Of a stretch of 64,000 nucleotides of DNA, positions 22,976 to 31,979 are shown one piece after another (within the stretch, counting starts at the first letter, position 1; each line of letters starts with the position of its first letter). The DNA is from Methanobacteriota archaeon (GTDB taxonomy: Archaea; Methanobacteriota; Methanobacteria; Methanobacteriales; Methanobacteriaceae), in the NCBI GenBank assembly GCA_963787255.1, contig CAWBCJ010000025.1, positions 1 through 64,000 of the forward strand, written 5' to 3'. The notes below the pieces were generated by a model. The model was not told where the DNA came from and did not search any database. It saw only the letters and a list, made by a program, of their open reading frames with translations. The position numbers and the translations under genes were made by a program.

Positions 22976-24691
22976 TTAGGAAATGCCACTATTTTTAACA
23001 GATTCAAATGGAATTGTAAAATAAAAAGTAGAACCCACACCTAACGAGGATTCAACCCATATTTGTCCTCCGTGGCGTTCAATGATTCTTTTAGCGATGG
23101 ACAAACCTATTCCTGTTCCTTGGTATGTTTCTCGTGTGTGTAATCGTTGGAATATATTGAAAATACGCTCAGCATACTGTGGTTCAATTCCAATTCCGTT
23201 ATCCTGTACTGAAAAGACATACTGTTTATCTTCTTTTTCAGCGGATATATGGATTCTTGGAGGGAATTGGGGCTTTTTAAACTTAATAGCATTCCCTATT
23301 AAATTCTGGAATAGTAGAATTAATTGATTTTTATCAGCCCTTATTTCAGGAAGCGGATCATGAGTAATTTCTGCATTATTTTCATCAATTGAAACTTTTA
23401 AATTAAAAAGAGCATCATCAATTACTTTTTCAAGTTGGGTTAATTCAAATTCGCCCTCTTTTGTTTCCAACCTTGTATATTCCAGTAAATCATTAATTAA
23501 ATACTGCATTCTTTTAGATCCATCCACAATATAATCCATGAATTCATCAGCATCACTATCCAACTGGCCTTTATAACGCCTTTCCAGTAGTTGTGTAAAA
23601 CTGGCAATAGTACGAAGAGGTTCTTGAAGATCATGGGACGCTACATATGCAAATTGTTGTAATTCTTCATTTGCTACTTGGAGTTCCTCAGTGGTATCCT
23701 GTAATTCTTCATTTGCTACTTGGAGTTCCTCAGTGGTAGCCTGTAGTTCTTCATTGGAAACTTCTAATTCTTCAGCAAACTGTTGAGTCTGTTCTAATAG
23801 TTTTTGTTTCTCTGCTTCGGCTTTTTGACGTTTTAAGTCTGTTTTATTTATCGAAATTATATTTATCCAAAGCAATGTAGTTATGACCATAACAGTTGCA
23901 AATACTAATAGGGCGTTTCCTAAGCCAATATCAAAAAAACCTTCATTTTGGCCTAATGTGTTCAACCATCCCAATATTATGGGGATTGTAATAACAACAG
24001 GTAATATTCTACGGCCGAATACACTTCCGGGGCTTTCACCAATTAATAATCCTATAAATCCTTTATCTGGGCGTATAAATACTATTGCAAAAAATATTAA
24101 ACCAAAAATTAATGTAGCGTAAATTGCAATTCCGGTATAATCATATACCATATACAGATCTGAAGCTTGATATATATAACCTAATGCCGCTAAGAAAGTT
24201 ATAAGTCCCTCTATAATAATTATAATTTGGAATAAAGGCCATCCTATCTTTATATTTTTATCAAGCACTAAAATTGAACTGCCAACTAAGACTAGACCAA
24301 GAGCTGCATTAAAAGCCATACGGTTGGGTGATGAAGTATTTAAAGCTTCGGGAAGTTCTTTAAACAATATTTGATCAATCAATAAATTAAAACCAGTTAA
24401 ATGTTCAATAAGAGTTAATAATCCAATTATAGTAACTATAGCTGCTAATATTTTAGCGATCTTGATATTACGTTGATTAACACGTTTGGTTTGCATTAGC
24501 CATAGTGAAATGCCTATAAAGACAAAACAAAGTGCGATATTAGATTTAATTGTTGAAAATAGGGAGCCAGGACTTTTAAGAATGGGAACATTAAATGCCC
24601 AACCAATTAAAAAAACAATACCTGAAATAATAATTATTATACTTAAAGCTTCTGAAATATTGCTTAATCGGGATAAATATGACTTTTCCAT
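22976..24691 (-). CDS. Membrane-bound histidine kinase with multi-TM sensor and heptad-repeat coil
   Basis: ~8 hydrophobic helices, EELQATTEELQVAN repeats, [10 protein letters not shown]; ATG at 24691 follows a ggaga RBS. Confidence 0.9.
   Translation of the reverse strand: MEKSYLSRLSNISEALSIIIIISGIVFLIGWAFNVPILKSPGSLFSTIKSNIALCFVFIGISLWLMQTKRVNQRNIKIAKILAAIVTIIGLLTLIEHLTGFNLLIDQILFKELPEALNTSSPNRMAFNAALGLVLVGSSILVLDKNIKIGWPLFQIIIIIEGLITFLAALGYIYQASDLYMVYDYTGIAIYATLIFGLIFFAIVFIRPDKGFIGLLIGESPGSVFGRRILPVVITIPIILGWLNTLGQNEGFFDIGLGNALLVFATVMVITTLLWINIISINKTDLKRQKAEAEKQKLLEQTQQFAEELEVSNEELQATTEELQVANEELQDTTEELQVANEELQQFAYVASHDLQEPLRTIASFTQLLERRYKGQLDSDADEFMDYIVDGSKRMQYLINDLLEYTRLETKEGEFELTQLEKVIDDALFNLKVSIDENNAEITHDPLPEIRADKNQLILLFQNLIGNAIKFKKPQFPPRIHISAEKEDKQYVFSVQDNGIGIEPQYAERIFNIFQRLHTRETYQGTGIGLSIAKRIIERHGGQIWVESSLGVGSTFYFTIPFESVKNSGIS
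23658..23772. repeat. 42-bp tandem repeat encoding EELQxTTEELQVAN
   Basis: gtaattcttcatttgctacttggagttcctcagtggta(t/g)cct x2 plus a partial third copy. Confidence 0.85.
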
Positions 24692-25227
24692 AGTATCTCC
24701 TGTATTACATTTAATTTCAAGAACGTTTTTGGGAAATATTAAAAAATTAGAAAGTGTGACCGTTACATTTTTAAACACTTTCAAAAATAGTTCCAAGTCT
24801 ATAACTAGTTTTCACAGCTATTCTTAGTATTTAAACTTCGTTAATGTTCTATCTTAGGATAAATCTAACAATATTATTATAATTTAGTTATTATTATTTT
24901 TTGCTATTTTTAGACTGCATTCATATAAGAATAAATTATTAGATGAAATAATTTATTAAAAAAATAGAGTATTTTTAACTTTAATAAAAATATTTTTCAT
25001 GCGTTATATAATGCGAGTTTTAGCGAAGCATAATTATGACCAGATCAAAACTGCTCTTTTTTTTGACATTAATTCATAAAATTATTACCTGTTTAAAAAT
25101 GAAAACTATAAAAAAAAAATATTTTTTAAAATTATAATAACGGTGTGAATAACGAAATTCAGATAAAAATTTTTTTGGGTAATTAATTAATTTTTTTTAA
25201 TAGAAAGAATTTGAGAAAAATATTAAC

Positions 25228-25416
25228 TTAAATTCTTTTTTCGCAATTGAAGCAATAATCCGTTTTTCTGTTGGTTTTGAATGTTTTGCCGCATCCTTTA
25301 CATGTAACTGTTTTAAGTGATGAATCTTTGTCTATAATGTCTAATGAACAGGAGCATTTCCAGCCCATTTTACCTTTTAACTGAGCTTCAAACTCTTTAT
25401 CAATATCCTTGGTCAT
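25228..25416 (-). CDS. Small Cys-rich (zinc-ribbon-like) protein
   Basis: CSC, CKGC, CFNC; gaggtgg RBS. Confidence 0.7.
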   Translation of the reverse strand: MTKDIDKEFEAQLKGKMGWKCSCSLDIIDKDSSLKTVTCKGCGKTFKTNRKTDYCFNCEKRI

Positions 25417-25436
25417 AAATTAACCACCTCTCCCTA

Positions 25437-25784
25437 TTAAATTATTTTTGTTGATTTTTCAGGTCTTGGAACCTTAACAATAAGAATTCGTAGATCATTT
25501 TCGGATTCATTATACCAGCAGTGTGGTATTTTTGCAGGACTTTCTATTAGCATGTCTTTTGTCGCATCTTTTTTTTCATCACCTATTTCTACAATACCAT
25601 TGCCTTCGAGAACATAGAAAAATACATCAACAGGAGTTATATGTTTTTTCAATGATTCACCAGGCTTTATTGTCATATGAACAGCTACTGCATTTTCGTT
25701 ATCATATATTTTACGTGCATCTACTCCATGTGGATTTGGAGAGGATTCAACATCTGCGATTTTAATTATTTTCATCTTTTCCAC
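25437..25784 (-). CDS. Cupin domain protein
   Basis: KPGESLKKH...FFYVLEGNG...PAKIPH. Confidence 0.85.
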   Translation of the reverse strand: MEKMKIIKIADVESSPNPHGVDARKIYDNENAVAVHMTIKPGESLKKHITPVDVFFYVLEGNGIVEIGDEKKDATKDMLIESPAKIPHCWYNESENDLRILIVKVPRPEKSTKII

Positions 25785-25793
25785 CTATAGTTT

Positions 25794-26540
25794 TTAATCT
25801 TTAGGGCTGAATGAATAGTTAATAGCTTCTTTAGGACATTTTTCTATACATTCACCACATAATATACAATTTAAGTTATCCATTGTATTATAATTCACCA
25901 TATTGCTAACATCTAATCCCATAGGGCAGGCCTTATCACATAATCTACAATCTGAACAATCGTTATGGTTTGATTTTAGATGTAGTGATGGTATTTTAAT
26001 TTTTCTACCTAATTTAGCTCCTATTGTTAGGAAAACTCCTTGAGGGCATAGATATCGGCAGAATGCCCTGCTTCCAAAAATTATGGATAAAAGACCAATA
26101 GCTATTATGGAAACTGGTATTAAAATGACCAAATTAGAACTTGCAAGACCTAAAATACTGTATGTGTCATTTGAAGCAAATAAATCCACTCCTTTAAAGC
26201 CTCCACCTTTTAAAATGAAGTATGAAGTCATTAAAAGGAAAAGCACAAAGACAAAATATCTTACTTTATCAGCTTTTTCAAATTTAGGCTTCTTCTTTAG
26301 GATACGTCCGCCTAATATTTCTTGTAATGCTCCATAGGGGCATGTATAGCCACATGATGCTGATCTACCCATAAATAATGATAGAATGAACCATGCTACA
26401 AAAATAAGGGAGCTTACTGTGATTATTCTATTTAGGATTCCCCATGCCAGTATTACAGGAGAATAAAAACTGAATAGGATGGGTAACATTATCACCAGTG
26501 CTAGTAGTATATAGCTTCTTAATCTTATTTTATGATTTTT
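25794..26540 (-). CDS. Membrane 4Fe-4S binding protein (NapH/CcoG-like)
   Basis: TM helices, CGYTCPYG, CRYLCPQG, two CxxCxxCxxxCP motifs. Confidence 0.85.
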   Translation of the reverse strand, partial: KNHKIRLRSYILLALVIMLPILFSFYSPVILAWGILNRIITVSSLIFVAWFILSLFMGRSASCGYTCPYGALQEILGGRILKKKPKFEKADKVRYFVFVLFLLMTSYFILKGGGFKGVDLFASNDTYSILGLASSNLVILIPVSIIAIGLLSIIFGSRAFCRYLCPQGVFLTIGAKLGRKIKIPSLHLKSNHNDCSDCRLCDKACPMGLDVSNMVNYNTMDNLNCILCGECIEKCPKEAINYSFSPKD

Positions 26541-26710
26541 CATTTGAATTACCTCCATTTTTTTTTAGAGCGTTCGCTAGAATAAGTCTAGAATGATGCT
26601 GAATTTCAAAAAAAATAACTGTATATTTAGTTTTATTGGGTTATTTTGTTTTCTGTATAATGGATCGATATCCGTAATATTTAAATGTTTTTTCACTAAA
26701 TCAGTATAAA

Positions 26711-27517
26711 GTGAGAAAATGGAGGGATTTTTTTATTCCAATAAAAAAAGCTACAATAAATGCATTAAAAATAATGGGACTTACAGATTATGAATCTAAA
26801 GCATATCTATCTTTAGCTTCTTTAATATCTGCTCCTGCCTTAGAAATTAGTGAATCTTCTGGCGTGCCTCTTTCTAGAACATATGATGTATTAAAGAATT
26901 TACATAAAAAAGGTTTTATTGAGGTCACACGGGGAAAACCGTTAATATATAGTGTTGTACCCCCACAAGATGTTTTTGAAAAATCGAGAGTAAAGATTAA
27001 AGAAGATCTTGATGAAGCTGAATTTGAGGTTAAAAATATTTATGAAAGTCAGATATCTAAATCTCCAGCGCCTATATGGCTGATTTATGGTACTGATAAG
27101 ATTGTAAAAAAAGAAATAGAAATCATCGGCCGTGCTAAAAGTACACTGCACATTGCAGCAGGATTTATGTTCCCGGAGGAAGTTGAAAAATTAAATGATG
27201 CTTTGAATAAATCATTAAAGAGAGGAATTCAGACTAGGATAATAGCAGCACCCTACAGTATCACTGATGAAGAAAAAATAGACATATCTGAAAGTTTAAA
27301 TAAATTAGATTGTGAAATCAAGACTTTTCAAATACCATTTATAAAGGCTATAATAAGGGATAAAAAAGAGATGTTATTAGTATTTTGTAAATTTAAGGAT
27401 GGAGTTGTAATATCACAAACAGCAATAGGTGTATGGAACCAGTACACTGAATTCGTTGAAACTATAGCTGACTTATATAATTTGGTTTGGACTATGAACC
27501 TCTTCAAACATTATTAA
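26711..27517 (+). CDS. TrmB family transcriptional regulator
   Basis: GLTDYESKAY...EISESSGVPLSRTYDVLKNL..KGFI. Confidence 0.9.
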   Translation: MRKWRDFFIPIKKATINALKIMGLTDYESKAYLSLASLISAPALEISESSGVPLSRTYDVLKNLHKKGFIEVTRGKPLIYSVVPPQDVFEKSRVKIKEDLDEAEFEVKNIYESQISKSPAPIWLIYGTDKIVKKEIEIIGRAKSTLHIAAGFMFPEEVEKLNDALNKSLKRGIQTRIIAAPYSITDEEKIDISESLNKLDCEIKTFQIPFIKAIIRDKKEMLLVFCKFKDGVVISQTAIGVWNQYTEFVETIADLYNLVWTMNLFKHY

Positions 27518-27739
27518 TTAATAGAGATTGTTATAATATAATTATAATGTAATTATGTATTTGAAGAAATAACTTTTTTTATAAAGATTTTATATTTATG
27601 GATAGATAGATTATAATGATTAAAGAGCATTTTTTTTGGGGATCCAGAACATAATATTATGCATCTTTTTTTTAAGACACATTATAATCAAGTTTAAAAA
27701 AGCGTAATCTTATAATTAAAATGGTGGGGGTTTTATTAT

Positions 27740-28162
27740 ATGAATGTTGAATTAGAATCTTTAGGTGAGATAGAAGAGGGATTAAATAATTTTGATTTTT
27801 TGGAAACGAATAATTCTAAAATTCCTATTATGGGTAGAATTATAATCGGAAATATTTCAGATGAACCATTAGAAGATCTTAATGAAAATTTGAAGATGAT
27901 AGTACTGGAAATTGGATTAGAATCTACTGATAATGCTGAGGATTATGAATGGTACTGGGAAATCACTGTAAGAGATATTTCAACCACTGAAATTGTTTCT
28001 AAAAGACATAATACGGGGTATACGGCCCAATATAAACCAAGTTGTAGAGGTTGCTCCTGCACACCTATGGAACTTCAAGGTGATATGCCTAAAGACTTCT
28101 CTAAACTTATAATAGATGATATAACTAAAAATTTTGATATTAAAAACGGATTAAATGATTAA
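27740..28162 (+). CDS. Hypothetical acidic protein
   Basis: 140-aa ORF, ggtgggg RBS, CRGCSC motif. Confidence 0.6.
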   Translation: MNVELESLGEIEEGLNNFDFLETNNSKIPIMGRIIIGNISDEPLEDLNENLKMIVLEIGLESTDNAEDYEWYWEITVRDISTTEIVSKRHNTGYTAQYKPSCRGCSCTPMELQGDMPKDFSKLIIDDITKNFDIKNGLND

Positions 28163-28255
28163 ATTCAGTTAGCTGTATATATAGTAGTTAATTTGGTAGT
28201 ATGGGGGCTTTAAATCATAAACTTTATTACTTTTTAAAGACAATAATAGTATAAT

Positions 28256-28483
28256 ATGAGCAATATAAGTGATGCATTAATTATTTTTTTAGTAATGGGT
28301 TCATTTATTTTTTTTAAGGGATTTCAAAGCAATCTGGACATTTTAAGCATATTCATGATTTATGGAATGTTTATTGGATATCTGATTGCTATAACTTTAG
28401 TATCAACATGGCTTGTTAAGCTTATGGCTTGGCTTGTTGATTATAGTAAGAGAAAACTTTATCAAGGCGCGGTTAAATCTTAA
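28256..28483 (+). CDS. Small membrane protein
   Basis: Two hydrophobic helices. Confidence 0.5.
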   Translation: MSNISDALIIFLVMGSFIFFKGFQSNLDILSIFMIYGMFIGYLIAITLVSTWLVKLMAWLVDYSKRKLYQGAVKS

Positions 28484-28778
28484 AAATTAATACATTGTTG
28501 GCAATTAGTTTATAGATTAATAGTTTATTGATTTAGATTTATCTTTTTTTTAGTATAAAGCTCGCATGAGCCTTTTATAATTATTTTTTCTATAATATAG
28601 GACTTAAAGATTTTAATAATGGCTTGATTTTTTCCCCGTTTATGGCTTTGATAATTTTTTTTTATAATCCAAAATGTTATTAATTGTTTTTAATATAGTA
28701 TGATTAGATTAATGGATGTATTCTATATATCATTCATTCTGGAATTATAACAAAATGACATGGGGAGAGTGAAAAAAG

Positions 28779-29381
28779 ATGGCAATGGAAATGATGCATG
28801 AAGGCGATTTCGATAAAAAATGGATGGGACTTTGGGAAGAACATGTTGCATGGACACGACTTGCAATAATAAGTATGGTAGACGTTAAAGATACAACAGA
28901 AACCGAAGCCACAATAAACCGGTTATTAAGAAACACTAAAGACATGGCAGAAGTATGCAAGATGTTTTACGGTGACGACGCTGCAATGAAATTCGATGAA
29001 TTGATGACCGAACACCTTACAACAGCTGCAGAGCTTGTGCAGGCAGCAGTAGCAGGTGAAAATGAAAAAGCAGAAGATGCAGAAAAAAGATGGTACAAAA
29101 ATGCAGATGAAATAGCAGCAACACTTAACATGCTAAATCCTAACTGGAAAGAAAAAGAAATGAAAGATATGTTATACGACCACCTTAGACTAACTAAAGA
29201 AGAAGCAGTGGCAAGAATAACTAAAGATTACGCTAAGGACATTTCAACCTATGACGAAATTGAAGTACAGGCAAGAATGATGGCAGACGGATTTTCCCAT
29301 GGAATAATCATGCAATTCCCTGATAAATTCCATGAAAAGAGGAAGAAGCACTTCTGGCAAAGAATGATAAAGAAACATTAG
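28779..29381 (+). CDS. Helical His/Met-rich protein (LWEEHVAWTR family), function unknown
   Basis: LWEEHVAWTR, LMTEHL, WYKNADEIA, MLYDHL motifs. Confidence 0.75.
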   Translation: MAMEMMHEGDFDKKWMGLWEEHVAWTRLAIISMVDVKDTTETEATINRLLRNTKDMAEVCKMFYGDDAAMKFDELMTEHLTTAAELVQAAVAGENEKAEDAEKRWYKNADEIAATLNMLNPNWKEKEMKDMLYDHLRLTKEEAVARITKDYAKDISTYDEIEVQARMMADGFSHGIIMQFPDKFHEKRKKHFWQRMIKKH

Positions 29382-29445
29382 ATCCATTATAATAATTCTC
29401 CATTTTTTTTTACTTTATCTTTTTTTTTTTAATGGAGCGGGGAAA

Positions 29446-30248
29446 ATGGCACTTGATGTCAATATAAACCCTTTGAGCTTAACATTAATTGTAACTCTAT
29501 TTACCTGGTTTATAATTGCTTTAGGTGCTTCTACCGTATTTCTAACTAAGAAAATTAACTCAAAATTTCTTGATATTTCACTTGGATTTGCAGCTGGAAT
29601 CCTGATATCTGTAAGTTTATTTTCACTAATTCTTCCTGCTATTGAAATATCAAATGCAGAAATAATTCCAGCATGGATCCCTGTTTTAATGGGATTTCTT
29701 TTAGGCGTATTTTCAATGTTAATAATACATAAAATAATGAACAATCTAAATCCGATTTATAAATCTGAAAGGGATCAAAATATTTGGAAACGTAACCGAT
29801 TGCTGATTATTGCATTAACCTTGCACCATATACCTGAAAGTCTTTCATTAGGCATTGCATTTGGAGCAGCATACGTAACATTGGGTGTGGTTACATTGGC
29901 AGGTGCATTTTCTTTAGCGATTGGAATTGGCATCCATAACTTCCCTGAAGGAATAGCAGCATCATTACCACTTAGATCCGAGGGAATGTCACGCCAAAAG
30001 AGCTTTTTTTATGGTCAATTAACTGGAATTGTAGAACCTATAGCCGGAGTTGCAGGCGCAATACTATGTAACAATCATACAACCCCTAGTTCCCTATGCC
30101 TTGGGATTATGCCGCAGGAGCCATGATATTTGTTACCATAAAGCACTTAATTCCAGACATCCTAAAAAGCCAAAATACAATCATATCCACTCTATTTGCA
30201 ATATTTGGCTTTGTTATAATGATAGTATTAGAACTGGTATTAGGATAA
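29446..30248 (+). CDS. ZIP family metal transporter (GufA/ZupT-like; frameshifted near 3' end)
   Basis: LGFAAG, TLHHIPE, GIHNFPEG, GIVEP. Confidence 0.85.
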
Positions 30249-30381
30249 AATTTCAATCAATATTAAATAGGATGTAAATATAAAATTTCATATCATATAG
30301 AGGATAATACTTGTAGGTATATAGATGAATGGGAATAGTCAATTTATTTCATGATAAAAAGGAATATAGTTGGGCTTATTT

Positions 30382-31896
30382 ATGTCAAAAAAAATATTGA
30401 TAGTTGAAGATGAACCAATTACGGCATTGGACCTTAAAAAAACATTGACAAATGTTGGATTTGAAGTAGTTTCTATAGAAGATAAGGGAAAAAATGCTAT
30501 TAAAAAAGCTGAAGAACTTAGACCCGATTTAGTTTTAATGGATATTGTGCTTAAAGGTGAAATAGACGGTATTGAAGCAGCTGAAAAGATAAATAATCAA
30601 TTAGATATCCCTGTAGTTTACTTAACTGCTTATTCTAATGATAAACTATTTGAAAGGGCTAAATTAACAGGGCCTTATGGATTTCTTGTTAAACCATTTG
30701 ATTTTTATGAATTAAAATGCACTTTAGAAAGTGCTCTTCATAGATATGAATTAGAACACGAATTAAAAGAGAGTGAAAAGAATTTAAAAGTATTCTTAAA
30801 TGCCATTCCAGATTCTGGCATTTTATTAGAACTCGATGGAACAATAATCATCGTAAATGAATCACTTTTAAAAAAATATGGCAAATCCGAGGATAACATC
30901 ATAGGAAAAGATGTAATGGATGTTTTACCCGAATTTATGGCTGATAAATGCCGGGAAACCTGGAAAACAGTTATTGAAACAAAAAAACCCATTACTATTG
31001 AAGTAGAACACTTCGGAGTATACATAAAATATTGTATTAACCCGGTTATTGATAATAATGGTAATGTATCTAGATTAGCGGTTATCCTTTATGATATTAC
31101 AAAATCTAAAAACATGGAAAAACAATTGAAAGAATCTTATAATAATTTAGAGTTAAAAGTAACGGAGAGAACAGCAGAACTGGATACACTTATTGATGAG
31201 CTAAAGCGTTCTAATGAGGAATTAACACAGTTTGCTTATGTTTCTAGTCATGATTTACAAGAACCGCTTCGGAGTATTGCCAGTTATGCTCAGCTTATAG
31301 AAAGGCGTTATAAAGGTCAATTGGATGAGTGATGCTGATGAATTCATTGAGTACATGGTAAGTGGAGCAAAAAGAATGCAGCAGTTAATCAACGATTTGC
31401 TTGAATATTCGAGAATTGCAACACAAGAAGAAGAATTACAGGAAGTGGATACAGAAGAAGTTTTGGATAGTGTCTTATCTAATCTTAAGTCTTCAATTGA
31501 AGAAAATAATGCAGAAATAAGGGTTACGATAAACTTCCAACTGTAACCGCTGATAAATCGCAATTAAATCAAGTATTCCAAAACCTTATTGGAAATGCTA
31601 TTAAGTTTAAAAAGGATGATGAACCTCCAAAGATTCATATTTCAGCCCAAAAAGATGAAGAAAAAGGAGAATACATTTTCAGTGTGCAGGATAATGGTAT
31701 TGGAATGGAAACACAATATGCAGAACGTATTTTTACCATATTCCAGCAGTTACATACAATAGATGAATATAAAGGAACAGGAATAGGTTTGTCCATCGCC
31801 AAAAGAATCGTGGAACAGCATGGAGGACGAATATGGGTGGAGTCCTCGTTGGGTGAAGGTTCTACTTTTTATTTCACAATTCCAATTAAAGAATAG
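30382..31896 (+). CDS. Hybrid REC-PAS histidine kinase (frameshifts ~31328, ~31525)
   Basis: KILIVEDE...PDLVLMDI; PAS; [10 protein letters not shown]; HATPase end. Confidence 0.88.
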
Positions 31897-31979
31897 CTCT
31901 TTTTTTAATAATATTTGTGAAAAATTAAATCATAAATTATTTTAATAATTAAATTATATAAGTTTCAAGGTGTTTTTAA

